A stretch of DNA of 64,000 nucleotides from Candidatus Parcubacteria bacterium (GTDB taxonomy: Bacteria; Patescibacteriota; Patescibacteriia; UBA1558; GWA2-36-10): NCBI GenBank assembly GCA_018669975.1, contig JABHSK010000002.1:5535-69534 (forward strand), read 5' to 3'. Within the stretch, counting starts at the first letter, position 1, and every line of letters starts with the position of its first letter. Of the stretch, positions 8,820 to 19,987 are shown piece by piece. The notes below the pieces were generated by a model. The model saw only the letters and a list, made by a program, of their open reading frames with translations, was not told where the DNA came from and did not search any database. The translations under genes were made by a program, and so were the position numbers.

Positions 8820-11800
8820 TTAATCTTTATGTACTTGTATCCAACCCTCATACTCTTTAATAGTAGAAGTAGTCCAATTGTCAAAAATTTCTATAATAGG
8901 TTTAAAACAAGAGGCATCTGCTACGCTAGGAACAGTGTAGACATTACCGTTTATAGTAGTAGTCGCACCGTCACATGGGAATAATGGATTGTATAAATAT
9001 TGGTTATACAAAACCTTATAACCTTCATGGCAAGCACCTTCAGTACCACCAAAACCTTGCCAGCTTCCCAATATACCTGGCATGTCTGATTCTGGATTAC
9101 AGAGTGGCAAATTATTTTTGTATTTACCATAATAACTACTTGGCACACCGCCATCACCCCAATCCATAACAATATCTCTAACCGGCATATGATCAGGATG
9201 AGCATGATAATAAAATTTAGCGGCTGCAAACAATGAGCTCTCCTGACTAACTATACTACCGCCATTGGAATTATTTATGGTAAAGCCCTCTTCGGGTATT
9301 CCATTTGAATCAATACAAAGTCCATTTCCACAAACTCTAAGAATACGCGGTTTAGAATAGGTATTACCAACCTGTGGTCTAGCAGAGGTGGACATATTAT
9401 GAGTGTCTATATAACTAGCCTGGTTATACAAACCAAGTGAATTAGACGGCATTCTCAATGAGTACATTTGTCTAAATAAGTAAGCAAAACTGTCCATAGT
9501 GTCCCACCAGCGATAAAAAGCACAGCTAGCATTTACACATCTAGCACTTGATTCATTCGTCCAATTACCAATGGGTCCCGGACTCATAAAAATAGCTGTT
9601 CTATCATAGAAATTATTAGTAAAAGGCTCCAATGGTAACATCACTTGAACTTGAAGATCTGTGCCAAATCTTGAAATAGGACTAACCGATGCACCAAAAG
9701 CATAACCTATAGACGTGGTAGCTCTTTCTATGTCTGAATTAGGAATAAACGGTGGAGTAACCGTAGGAGTCAAAATATAGTCATAATGTAATTCTGACCA
9801 CCATGAGTTGACAGTCACTCCTGGCGCATAAATATCATCAGAACTAGCTAAATAAGCTGAACGATCTTGCAAGTACGCCGGTGAAGTACTAGGGCTACCA
9901 TGCCAGAATGTAAACTCTGTATGAGGTAAAGTGTAGTTATAATTTTCTGGCTTTGATGCCCACCAAACATCAGTATTGACTATAGCATTGTCACCCAGAG
10001 GATCTACCTCCATCAATCTATTACAACGTTGGTAACAACCCTTGCCGTTTATATTTGCATTACAATCATCACCAGCTCTAGTTGAACCATACCCAGGAGG
10101 AGTTAATACACCGCCAAAGACATACATATTAAAATCTAGCGGATTACAAACATTGTACGGGAAAGCACCACCAGTGATATGAGCATAGTGATAATTTGGC
10201 ACACAAGCCACTGTAGTAGTAACAGAAGATGGTAATGATAAAAATTGATTCACATTAGTTGAACTATAAGCGCCTGTTCCAGATACACCCTCATCTAAAT
10301 AGTAGTACTCAATAGTAGCATCATACAATCTCTGTAATCGAGCCATAGTAACTCCATAGCTAGCGGCTGGCGCGTTTACAAAATCTTCGGGCTCAAATAA
10401 AGCGCGACTATCAACTCTAGGTCCAGGAGCACTACTATCATTTATATGGTTAACACCATTATTTTTTACAATCACATCCATACCTATTGGCCCAGGCAAT
10501 CCACCTGGCACATCAGTAGCTTCATACCTGGTAAATACATCTTTAAGATAATAATTTGTCAACAAATCCCTCAAAGTAATATCACCCGGGTCATCTAGTG
10601 CATCAGCATTAATCAGAGATCCAGTTGGAATCCTTAATAATAACGTACAATTACCACCCGGGCCACTATCACCACTAGCAGCACAATAATATCTATCTCT
10701 AGGAATTATATAAGGATTAGTAAAAGCACACATTTGTATATAATTTCCATAGGGGTCAGTATAACCAGCAGAATCATAATTATTATATAGACCCTGTGTA
10801 GAATTAATCTTGGTAATTGGATACCACAGATTACAATAGTTTGCTCTAGAATCTATATCTGAAACAATGCCAGAATATTTATCTTGTTCATAACAAATAC
10901 CTGGTAAATTAAGATTAGTCTCAATCTTTGTCATTGGCTCACATCTACCGCCAAGATACAAAAGACGCGAAGCATCTCCATCACAATTCATATGAGCATT
11001 ACATGGTGAGCCAATATAAGGACTAGTCACAAACTCTGAAGAACCATCCTCATGTATTATTTCATAGGCTTCGGCAGCATCAATAGCGCTTGTACCACTA
11101 AGTGTCGATACACAAACACCAGTGTAATAATCCTTGTCTGTTGGATAATAAGCAGTGTAAGTACCGTTTCCATAGGTAATCTTATTGTAAGAATCCTCAC
11201 AACCATCCTCCCAAGCATCACACAAACCATCTGCGTCAATGTCTAAGCAGGTACCGTCAGCTATAACACTCTCACAAATACTAGCATTACCGTAGCCAGG
11301 CCTTCTCTCTCTAATTTCCCTACCTGCAATACTAGTACCTGTATCCTGCGATATGCTCTGCGGAAAAGGAGAATCTGGTACTGCATAGCCCTTGGTAGTT
11401 AACCCTATATAATATGATTGGTTAGTATAATCTGGACTCAACCAACAAATCTCATCTTTACAAATACCAGTATTAATCCACTGGTAATAACCCATATGAC
11501 TAATACCATCTTCTGGGAAAGCCATACAGAATTGTCCGTTAGTAAGAGGTATACCATCAGCAGTATAGTTACTAGTTTCACAACTAGTTGTCGTACTGTG
11601 CACTCTATACATCAATCTTAGATCGATGTCTTCATTATCACCAAAATTATAAACTTCTAAATCTTTGGCTGGCAATAGGTTTGGAGCTGCATAACCAACA
11701 TAGTCTTTATCTGCCCACTGCAAGTGACTATTGTTTCCTGATACTCTATATTGGTAAACGGAAGTTGTCAGTGGGGTACTAGAAGTATAAGTATCCCAAT

Positions 11801-14800
11801 TGCCACACTTGGTGACACTACCTCGTTTATCATATTCAGTACAACTAGAAATATCATCACAGAGCACATCATATTGTTGTGTATCTGGATTAAATTCACT
11901 AGAGGATGACTTACATGCCAACCATTCAGCACATTGCCTACTCTTGTTTACCTTGATAATTGTATTAGCATTACAACCCACGTCACCATTAGCACAAATA
12001 TCTGGGTTAACTGGTTTATCAAAATATACATTCTTATTATAAGTAGTAGAAGCATTGTACAAAGAATCTACGCCTGCGTGTCCTGAACCCCAATTATTAG
12101 TGTCATAGAAAAGCATACAACCACTATTTCTATCCACATCAACACAACTCTTATAATCTATATTATTATTATCAAAATAATGATAATTCTTACATGACAC
12201 ACCGTTTATCCATTCTCCACCGCCAGTCGCATTCATTATTAAAACACACGTCATACCACCCACACCAGCATAGACAGCACCAGTACCGTCAACACAAGCG
12301 ACAGTATCTCCATCTTTAAGTCTTGGATCACAGCCAGGCGGGTCAAAAGGATCTTTAAATGTAGTACATAGGTTAGCTGTCTCTGGACACTCCGCTGCCC
12401 AACGATCTGGCTGGAAATCAACTATGTAATCTAAATACTCAAAATCAGATTGATCAAAATTAAAGTCCCCGTTATCACTACAACCTATCGGATCTATACC
12501 ATCTCCCAATGTATGAGTTTGGAACCAACCAGTAAATGGCACATACTGACCAGAAAGCATCCTAACATGATTATTTTCACGAAAGGAACAAGTCTTATTA
12601 CCTGGATCCTTAAAGTAATAAGTACCTTTAGACGAACCATAGGTTTCACAATCTAATGCTTCAGATACACATAGAGTATTCTCATATTGATCTGGATCAT
12701 TAAATTTATAAACCGTACTAAAGCCAGTAATCGCGTTGGCATTAGCCTTGTCTACTTTTGGTAGCCCAAGCTCCGAACAACCCTTAAACTGTTGCGGACA
12801 ATATTTGGATCTATCTGGTACCAAATAATCTAAACTATCTCTTGACACAGTAATCTCTGCTGGTTCTGGAGGCACTTCTAGATTAAAGGTTTCTTCAAAA
12901 GGATTGGTAGAATTATGTGTATCAATCACCGCCATACAACCTATCTTGTCTTCTCCACAAAGTTTTTCAAATGATTTTAAGTTATATAATGAGCCGTTCC
13001 TATCCCGATAAGCTTGGCAACCTAAATGAAAGGCAGAATAAGGACTATCGCAGGAAGCCGGCGTGCTCCAGGTATCTTTCCTTACATAAATATGATCTGT
13101 CACTTCACGCAAGGTGACGTTGTCAAAATAGACACTATCAACTCCATTGAATGTAAATGTTAATCCAGTCGTGGTGAAATCAAAATTTAAAATATCCTCT
13201 TCTGTAATAGCCACTGTATAAGGATGCCAATCACCACCTTGTATATTATTAAAGCTAGCAATCAGCGTGCTCGTGGCCATACTACCAATAGTAACGTCTA
13301 GTGTTGTTAAATTACTATTATTTCGCAGCCACCATGACAACTCATATTCTCTATTTCCTTGTAGCTGATTGGATAAATCACGATCAACACTTGTGTTTAC
13401 AGCATTGAGTTGCAACTTCATTGAATGTCCTTCATTCATAACAGATTCATTGGACATATCCAACGATCCCCAAAATGTTACCCAAGGATCATAGGTGCCT
13501 TCTTCAAAAGTGTCAGAAAGTATAGTTCTTAGATTATTTCCAGTATTACCCTTGTAGGCACGACAACCACCACTTTGTTCTCCACACTCTTCACTTAAAC
13601 TAGGAATAGCACTATACAATGCACCAGTTAAAGTACGGCGATAAGTATGACAATCATCACTAGCAAATATAACTCTGTCCTGCAGGCGCCAATAAGAATC
13701 TCCGTTGGTGTCAAAAAACTCTCTACAATTCGGATTATTTTCTGGATCATCTAATATAGTAGCTGTTTCTGGACCACAAGCAGCCATAGGGAAATTTCCA
13801 TTTGTAGCAGGTGCATCATCAATACATAAAATTCCGCCCCGTTGTACATTAGTACAAGGTGGTTGACCTTTACCAGCTATTGTCCGATTACTCTCTAAAG
13901 TATGCCAAGTTTTAATCTGATAACCAGATACGTCTTGACCTTCCCAAGTATAATAAGTGATTCCTAAATCATCAGCCACACATTGACGCAAATATGAAAA
14001 ATATTCTTTACCTTCACCGCCATCAGCCACCTCATCTAGGTTAGTGAACTCTTCGCAGCCAGCTTCTGAAGCTGGGCAAGTCTCGGCTGTATCAGGTATA
14101 AAATTATAATAATTAACTGCGTAATCTCCCTCGATATTATCAAAAATTGTGGTTTGTTCCGCAAAAGAAGCATAACCAACACACTCCTGAGGGCATAGAT
14201 CATCCTGTGAAATCACTGCTGGCACCATTGGTCCACCAGCTACTGGTCTATATGCCTGGCAACCAACCTCATCTTCACTACACATGATTCTCTCGCCACC
14301 CATATAGATAGTACTACCAACTCCATACTCGGAGTATGGCGTAGCACTCATACCTTCTTGGCTAACTATTTCTAATTTAATATTATCAAACCACATAGCT
14401 GAAGGAGCAGCACCATTTGGATTAACACCACCATAAGACATTACATCTATTCGCCCTCCACTAGTATTTTCATCTGTCATAAACAGACAACCAGCCCTTA
14501 ACCAACTAAAATCACTCGGTGGCACAAATCTCAAATCCGCATTATTTGGATGACCACTACCACCAAGTAAACAAGTACCAGTGCTTGTTGCTGGTCTTGC
14601 ATTATTTGTCGCACCGTTACAGTCGCCAGTCATATCACATAATTGTACAGCTACACGTGCTCCATAATCAGCTGGCGCCACATATTGAGCAGCATCAGCT
14701 GATATAATATAATATGTATTTGGCAGTAACTCCACATTCATCTGCAATACTTCTTCTGCATAAGGCTCTGTATTCCAATTACTTGCTCCCCAAGTATAAC

Positions 14801-16973
14801 CATTTGCTACTTTATTATTGTCATAATCAGCAGTAAAACCATTGCTTGGAGTCCCATTACTTGTTCTTGTCCAACCGTCTGGAGTATTAGTAGCAGTACC
14901 ATCATCATGAAAATTATTAAAACTACCATTTGGTACCAAGTTTACTCCTAGGTCAGGAACCATAACTATATACTCTGAACAATCAGCATAAGTTGAATCA
15001 CACTCAGAAGTATTTAAAAATAAATCATCTTCATTTAAAGTGAATAGGGTTGGATCCAGTGTCATATCCTCTTCCATAAACCAATCACCAGCTGCATCTC
15101 TAGTCTGTGAATACCGCTTACAGCCAGACTCCTCAGCTGTACAATATTCCAAAGTGCCCTCTATATAGCCCTTTGTACCTAAATCAGCGTTGTCAAAAAC
15201 TAAACAACCTGAATAAATGTCCCCATCGTCACACATGTCACCGTTGAAGCGCCAAATATTTTCACTTCTGGTGCAGTATCCATATTGTCCTTCTAGACAA
15301 TTACCACTTTCATCTTCTCGTAGACATGTCTGTGGATCAGCACAATATTCTTGACGACTGCTTCCATCTGAAGATTCTAAAGCTGGTCCATAAACCATAG
15401 CATTACATCTAGTTGGTGGTGCTCTTAGCACCCAATCTGGATCAACTAAATGATAAAATGGATTGTGATGATTATCATAAGTTGGATCAATTCCATATTC
15501 ACAAGATCCACCATCTTCAAAACAATTAATAACCTCTTCTACAGTCACCGCCTTATCAGCTACACGCTGAGCAGCTAACTCCATACCAACTGGAAAAATA
15601 TTAGCTTTCCTTAATTTAACTAAATCTCTATAACACAGGCCTGATTTGAAACAATCTTTATTTTCATTATCTGGATTATTCGGTCCTATGATTGGTAAAT
15701 CACCATCCAAGAGTCCATCATCAATGGCACTCCTAAGAGTTTCTTGATTAGAAACGGCCAACATTAAATTGGTGTCGATGACACAATTATCTAATGCCCG
15801 ATAATCTTTTTGTGCTGGACAAATAGCAAAATCTTGCAAAAACGTCCAATCCTCTACTGGTGTTAACTCTGTCGCTTTTAAATCTGAAAATACATTACCT
15901 ACACTCCATAATTCGTCTATATCTACACAACCACCCAAAGCACATGCTACCGTTGGTTTGATACCTGGATTTTTCTCTAGTTCACTTGCTGGAGGATTGA
16001 TAATATTCATACCCTCTTCAAACGCCCGCTTCATCAACTTTGAAGACAAAGTAGATACAAACATATTACCAGCTTCAGCTAAAATAGCTGACAAAGTACC
16101 TCCTTCGGCATTTTCAAAAAAAGCGAACTGATCCCCAGCAATAGCCGCATCCCATTGAGCCTCGTTCATGTTCATAATATCTGTACAGCCAGTCTTTACG
16201 TCTCCTGAGATAGTTGTCTTTGAGTCCAAATAACCCTTACACATCTCAAGAAACATTGCTTTATGTGCTGCAGCCATAGCACCAGTTTTACTCACCTCTT
16301 CCCTTATTCTATCTCTTTGACCTAAATAGGTTTGTTCATATCCAAATAAAGCTATAAAAGCGTCATCAAAATCAGCTCTTTTGTAGTTTGGTGTAATAGT
16401 CAGACTATCTTTAACATAGTTAGCCCAGTTTCTACCATACAATGAATCACTAAAATTACTCCAATTCTCTTTAATTGCTGAAAAGTCACACTTCGGTGCT
16501 GGCGGCTCTTCAGAATCTAAAATATCTAGAGTTAGGCTAAGTTGCAAATCTAAACTTGGGTTACATAAATCTATGCCTAAGCTAGCCAAGGTCTCTCCAT
16601 TTGACCCCGCAGACTGCATTAGGCCACCTATAAACTCACCCTTTGCTGCATCTGCTGCTCTATGTGTAGCACTTTCTCTTGGTTTAGTATCATAGAGTGA
16701 TTTTTTACCAGAGCCTGACTCTGATATACTAGTAGCTAAATCATAGGCCAGATTATTCATAAACATTCTAGCCGTATCAACTGCCACCTTATGAATCATA
16801 CCCTCCCAAACACCTGCTAATATACCCTGAAGTCTTTCCCAGCCCCATTTTGCTCCATTAACAGTAACTACGCCAGGGGAAAAAGCCTGGACAGGTTTTG
16901 GTTTTGCCAACAAGGGTCCGACAACCATCAATGACAGTACAATCACGATTATCGCTCTTTTGTAATTGTTCAT
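8820..16973 (-). CDS. Giant (2717 aa) secreted Cys-rich surface protein with carbohydrate-binding-module-like domains
   Basis: Signal peptide ending PVQA; recurring C-x5-GC motifs; two CBM-like segments (NLVPNGSF...WFDNIKLE and DTFEEG...YFDNVTLRE); DWGDG PKD-like motif near the C-terminus. Confidence 0.8.
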   Translation of the reverse strand: MNNYKRAIIVIVLSLMVVGPLLAKPKPVQAFSPGVVTVNGAKWGWERLQGILAGVWEGMIHKVAVDTARMFMNNLAYDLATSISESGSGKKSLYDTKPRESATHRAADAAKGEFIGGLMQSAGSNGETLASLGIDLCNPSLDLQLSLTLDILDSEEPPAPKCDFSAIKENWSNFSDSLYGRNWANYVKDSLTITPNYKRADFDDAFIALFGYEQTYLGQRDRIREEVSKTGAMAAAHKAMFLEMCKGYLDSKTTISGDVKTGCTDIMNMNEAQWDAAIAGDQFAFFENAEGGTLSAILAEAGNMFVSTLSSKLMKRAFEEGMNIINPPASELEKNPGIKPTVACALGGCVDIDELWSVGNVFSDLKATELTPVEDWTFLQDFAICPAQKDYRALDNCVIDTNLMLAVSNQETLRSAIDDGLLDGDLPIIGPNNPDNENKDCFKSGLCYRDLVKLRKANIFPVGMELAAQRVADKAVTVEEVINCFEDGGSCEYGIDPTYDNHHNPFYHLVDPDWVLRAPPTRCNAMVYGPALESSDGSSRQEYCADPQTCLREDESGNCLEGQYGYCTRSENIWRFNGDMCDDGDIYSGCLVFDNADLGTKGYIEGTLEYCTAEESGCKRYSQTRDAAGDWFMEEDMTLDPTLFTLNEDDLFLNTSECDSTYADCSEYIVMVPDLGVNLVPNGSFNNFHDDGTATNTPDGWTRTSNGTPSNGFTADYDNNKVANGYTWGASNWNTEPYAEEVLQMNVELLPNTYYIISADAAQYVAPADYGARVAVQLCDMTGDCNGATNNARPATSTGTCLLGGSGHPNNADLRFVPPSDFSWLRAGCLFMTDENTSGGRIDVMSYGGVNPNGAAPSAMWFDNIKLEIVSQEGMSATPYSEYGVGSTIYMGGERIMCSEDEVGCQAYRPVAGGPMVPAVISQDDLCPQECVGYASFAEQTTIFDNIEGDYAVNYYNFIPDTAETCPASEAGCEEFTNLDEVADGGEGKEYFSYLRQCVADDLGITYYTWEGQDVSGYQIKTWHTLESNRTIAGKGQPPCTNVQRGGILCIDDAPATNGNFPMAACGPETATILDDPENNPNCREFFDTNGDSYWRLQDRVIFASDDCHTYRRTLTGALYSAIPSLSEECGEQSGGCRAYKGNTGNNLRTILSDTFEEGTYDPWVTFWGSLDMSNESVMNEGHSMKLQLNAVNTSVDRDLSNQLQGNREYELSWWLRNNSNLTTLDVTIGSMATSTLIASFNNIQGGDWHPYTVAITEEDILNFDFTTTGLTFTFNGVDSVYFDNVTLREVTDHIYVRKDTWSTPASCDSPYSAFHLGCQAYRDRNGSLYNLKSFEKLCGEDKIGCMAVIDTHNSTNPFEETFNLEVPPEPAEITVSRDSLDYLVPDRSKYCPQQFKGCSELGLPKVDKANANAITGFSTVYKFNDPDQYENTLCVSEALDCETYGSSKGTYYFKDPGNKTCSFRENNHVRMLSGQYVPFTGWFQTHTLGDGIDPIGCSDNGDFNFDQSDFEYLDYIVDFQPDRWAAECPETANLCTTFKDPFDPPGCDPRLKDGDTVACVDGTGAVYAGVGGMTCVLIMNATGGGEWINGVSCKNYHYFDNNNIDYKSCVDVDRNSGCMLFYDTNNWGSGHAGVDSLYNASTTYNKNVYFDKPVNPDICANGDVGCNANTIIKVNKSRQCAEWLACKSSSSEFNPDTQQYDVLCDDISSCTEYDKRGSVTKCGNWDTYTSSTPLTTSVYQYRVSGNNSHLQWADKDYVGYAAPNLLPAKDLEVYNFGDNEDIDLRLMYRVHSTTTSCETSNYTADGIPLTNGQFCMAFPEDGISHMGYYQWINTGICKDEICWLSPDYTNQSYYIGLTTKGYAVPDSPFPQSISQDTGTSIAGREIRERRPGYGNASICESVIADGTCLDIDADGLCDAWEDGCEDSYNKITYGNGTYTAYYPTDKDYYTGVCVSTLSGTSAIDAAEAYEIIHEDGSSEFVTSPYIGSPCNAHMNCDGDASRLLYLGGRCEPMTKIETNLNLPGICYEQDKYSGIVSDIDSRANYCNLWYPITKINSTQGLYNNYDSAGYTDPYGNYIQMCAFTNPYIIPRDRYYCAASGDSGPGGNCTLLLRIPTGSLINADALDDPGDITLRDLLTNYYLKDVFTRYEATDVPGGLPGPIGMDVIVKNNGVNHINDSSAPGPRVDSRALFEPEDFVNAPAASYGVTMARLQRLYDATIEYYYLDEGVSGTGAYSSTNVNQFLSLPSSVTTTVACVPNYHYAHITGGAFPYNVCNPLDFNMYVFGGVLTPPGYGSTRAGDDCNANINGKGCYQRCNRLMEVDPLGDNAIVNTDVWWASKPENYNYTLPHTEFTFWHGSPSTSPAYLQDRSAYLASSDDIYAPGVTVNSWWSELHYDYILTPTVTPPFIPNSDIERATTSIGYAFGASVSPISRFGTDLQVQVMLPLEPFTNNFYDRTAIFMSPGPIGNWTNESSARCVNASCAFYRWWDTMDSFAYLFRQMYSLRMPSNSLGLYNQASYIDTHNMSTSARPQVGNTYSKPRILRVCGNGLCIDSNGIPEEGFTINNSNGGSIVSQESSLFAAAKFYYHAHPDHMPVRDIVMDWGDGGVPSSYYGKYKNNLPLCNPESDMPGILGSWQGFGGTEGACHEGYKVLYNQYLYNPLFPCDGATTTINGNVYTVPSVADASCFKPIIEIFDNWTTSTIKEYEGWIQVHKD

Positions 16974-17013
16974 ATTTTTATTTTCAATAATTTATTATGA
17001 TTATTTTATATAA

Positions 17014-17829
17014 TTACTCCTCTGTACTCTGATTATCTTCTTCGCTGATACCCAATAATTGAAAGCCTATTGATATCAACTCCTGATCCGTCATTTGATT
17101 AATTCTCTCTTTGTCAGCACCAGGCTGTGCCAATAAAAAATTTCTGACTTCTTCTGAGCTGACTTCTTCTGATTGCTCTGAAGCAGCCATGTTTTCAGAA
17201 ACAATTTTAAAAAGCATCAACAAATCTTCGTCTGACAGTTTATTTACTTCCTCTTGAGGCATGCCACTCTCTATCAAAATCCTTCTAAAATCTGTGGCGA
17301 TGGCACCTTGCAAGGTCAAATCCTCATCCAATTTAACATCTTCTATAACTTCTACAAGTCTAGTTTTTGGAGTAATTAAAGCCAATAAACTACAATCCTC
17401 TCCTTCTGGACATAGTGGATCAGCGCCAGAACTAACTTCATCAAAATCTGATACGCCATCGCTATCTGTATCATCTATAAAGATACTAGTGTAATACTGG
17501 TACATCTCCTGATAATCAGTCAGACCATCTTGATCTGTATCTCTTTCTTGTAATTCAGCAATAGTCACTTGAGCATCCCCCTGTTCTTGTAATTGCTCCT
17601 CCAGCCAATCGGGCCTCTCATAGGCTACTGGACCAGCTATATTTCCATACAAATACCAAAAAGAAAAAGCGACAATTGCCAATCCTAATATAATAAATAA
17701 TAAAACATGCTTCTTGTCACTTTGATTTTCTTGTAGAGATCTATTGATATCCTCTGCTGAGTATCCTTCTAGCTCGTCGGACAATCCATCCTCTGTGAAC
17801 TCATCTAGTTTGTGTAACTTTTTTTTCAT
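17014..17829 (-). CDS. Membrane-anchored protein with thrombospondin type 3-like Ca-binding repeats
   Basis: One TM helix; DTDQDGLTDYQE and DTDSDGVSDFDE..GADP motifs. Confidence 0.75.
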   Translation of the reverse strand: MKKKLHKLDEFTEDGLSDELEGYSAEDINRSLQENQSDKKHVLLFIILGLAIVAFSFWYLYGNIAGPVAYERPDWLEEQLQEQGDAQVTIAELQERDTDQDGLTDYQEMYQYYTSIFIDDTDSDGVSDFDEVSSGADPLCPEGEDCSLLALITPKTRLVEVIEDVKLDEDLTLQGAIATDFRRILIESGMPQEEVNKLSDEDLLMLFKIVSENMAASEQSEEVSSEEVRNFLLAQPGADKERINQMTDQELISIGFQLLGISEEDNQSTEE

Positions 17830-17960
17830 TAATAGAGTCGATTAAATTATGTTTATTATAACATATTTTTATGAAAAAACCAAAACATAAAAACAAAATA
17901 ATCTACATATTTTGTTTAACTGTTTAAAAGATAGGTCTTTATAAAAAACTTATATAAATT

Positions 17961-18794
17961 TTATAAATTGCGAGCTAGTTCTAACCAATTTATAGGTGAT
18001 AAATTCTCAGCCCTAACATTGGCGTCTAACCTTACTTTATCAAAAGCGAATAATAATTTTTCTTTATCCAGATTCTGATCCGTCAACAAATTATTAAACA
18101 ATTTCTTCCTCTTACTAGCAAATCCACGACGTATTAATTGCCAAACAAACTTTTCATCCACATCATAATCCCAAGTATGAATGTTAAAAATATGTATAAC
18201 AGCTGAATCTACTTTTGGTTGCGGATAAAAATTATCTTTTCTAACTATCCGGGCCAATTTACTATCTGCATAGAGAGCCACTGACAAGGACAAACGACTG
18301 TGCTTACCTTTTTCAGCAGCAATGCGCTCAGCCACCTCTTTTTGTACCATCAAAGTCATGCTCAACGGTTTTTTATCAGCTAAAATAAATTTTTGAATAA
18401 ACTTGGCTGTCAAATAATAAGGAATATTAGCCACTATTTTATAATCTTTGGCTTTATATTTTGTCAAAATTTCTAACCACTGCTGATCTGACAATGAGAG
18501 AATATTTTGCCAAATTAATTCTACGTTATTAAATGTGTTAATTAATTTATTCAAAGGTTTTTGAAAATTTTTATCTATCTCAAAAGCAACTACTTGTTTT
18601 GCCTTTTCTAACAAACTTTGAGTAAGTGCTCCCAGGCCAGGACCCACTTCTAGAATCAGGTCTTCTGAAATAATTTCAGACGCTTTGATAATATCACCCA
18701 AAACTTCATCTGAAACCAAAAAATTTTGCCCTCGCACTTTATTTGGTGTCAGGTGGTGTTTTTTTAAAATAAATTGTAACTCTTCTAAGGTCAT
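17961..18794 (-). CDS. rsmA: 16S rRNA m6,2A dimethyltransferase
   Basis: GQNFL, ILEVGPGLGALT, VANIPYYLT, MVQKEVAERI, FYPQPKVDSAV. Confidence 0.97.
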   Translation of the reverse strand: MTLEELQFILKKHHLTPNKVRGQNFLVSDEVLGDIIKASEIISEDLILEVGPGLGALTQSLLEKAKQVVAFEIDKNFQKPLNKLINTFNNVELIWQNILSLSDQQWLEILTKYKAKDYKIVANIPYYLTAKFIQKFILADKKPLSMTLMVQKEVAERIAAEKGKHSRLSLSVALYADSKLARIVRKDNFYPQPKVDSAVIHIFNIHTWDYDVDEKFVWQLIRRGFASKRKKLFNNLLTDQNLDKEKLLFAFDKVRLDANVRAENLSPINWLELARNL

Positions 18795-18800
18795 TTTGAT

Positions 18801-19982
18801 TTACAAAAGCATATAAAGTAGTGACATGCTACCAGCCAATATAAAAGTAAGTTTAAAAGCAAAAACTTCATCGGTAATAAAAAACATGGCTAAATAAATA
18901 GCTAAAATAGCCACTAATTTTCCAGCTACTAAACTCATTTCAAAAAATACAATACTATTCATGATATGACTACGTTCTGATTGACGCACATCTTTAGCTT
19001 TTTCATAAGTAATAGCCATTAGAGGGATAGAAATTGTATTTTTGCCTAACTTAGACATAGTATCAACAAAAAATACACCAACTGTATTAGTAATAAAAAT
19101 TCTAATAAACCAGGCCAATGAATAAAAGGTGCTACCCAAAGAAAGAATCTTCCTCTTATTGCGCGAATCTGATAATTTACCTATATACAAAGTTACTAAA
19201 GTGGTAATTAAGGTAGCCAAGGCCACTATTAAGCCCAAATTAAATACATCAATGATTATAATAGATATGAATACCGGCCAAACAACCATCAGGATTAATT
19301 CCTCTCCATAACCAAGGTAAGCAAAAAAATCACTGCGATTCTTTTTACTAAAAAGATTGCTATAAACTTTTTTATATGAAAAATCACGTGGTGTAAATTT
19401 TTCTTTGGTGGCTAAAGTAGAAATATTGGAGCCTACAAATAAAATCGAGGCAATCACAAACAAAGTGCCGTATCCCCAAGTAAATATAATAAAACCTGCT
19501 GCAGCTGGTCCAACAATATAAACCAAAGATGAAGCTACATTCATAGCACTGACCTCCCTACCCTCTTCTGTGGCATCTGAAAAACGAGCAAAATCAGCAT
19601 GGTAGGCAGGCCAATAAAATGTTTTCTGTAAAGCCAAAAATATTGGTGCAACATAAAATAACCAGTCATGCTGACCAATCAAAAATAAACCAGTATAATA
19701 AGCAATAAACAAAAATGTCCCAATCAACATGCCAATTTCATAACCTTTGCGACGGGCAAATTTTCCTCCTAGAGGCATCAAAATAAAATACAAAAAATAG
19801 GCTATCAGATAGAAAAACATTATCTTCTGCAATGAATACCCTATCTGATAAAGATAAATTGGCTCAAAAATCATTACTAGAGCCAATGCCAGGTTAACCA
19901 AGGTAGTTGAAATAAATAGCTCCTTCACCTGACGCTTCATGTGATGAGGTAAAAAACTTTTTATAAATTTAAATCTTTCCAT
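18801..19982 (-). CDS. MFS transporter
   Basis: About 12 TM helices; GKLSD..NKR loop motif. Confidence 0.85.
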   Translation of the reverse strand: MERFKFIKSFLPHHMKRQVKELFISTTLVNLALALVMIFEPIYLYQIGYSLQKIMFFYLIAYFLYFILMPLGGKFARRKGYEIGMLIGTFLFIAYYTGLFLIGQHDWLFYVAPIFLALQKTFYWPAYHADFARFSDATEEGREVSAMNVASSLVYIVGPAAAGFIIFTWGYGTLFVIASILFVGSNISTLATKEKFTPRDFSYKKVYSNLFSKKNRSDFFAYLGYGEELILMVVWPVFISIIIIDVFNLGLIVALATLITTLVTLYIGKLSDSRNKRKILSLGSTFYSLAWFIRIFITNTVGVFFVDTMSKLGKNTISIPLMAITYEKAKDVRQSERSHIMNSIVFFEMSLVAGKLVAILAIYLAMFFITDEVFAFKLTFILAGSMSLLYMLL

Positions 19983-19987
19983 ATGTT

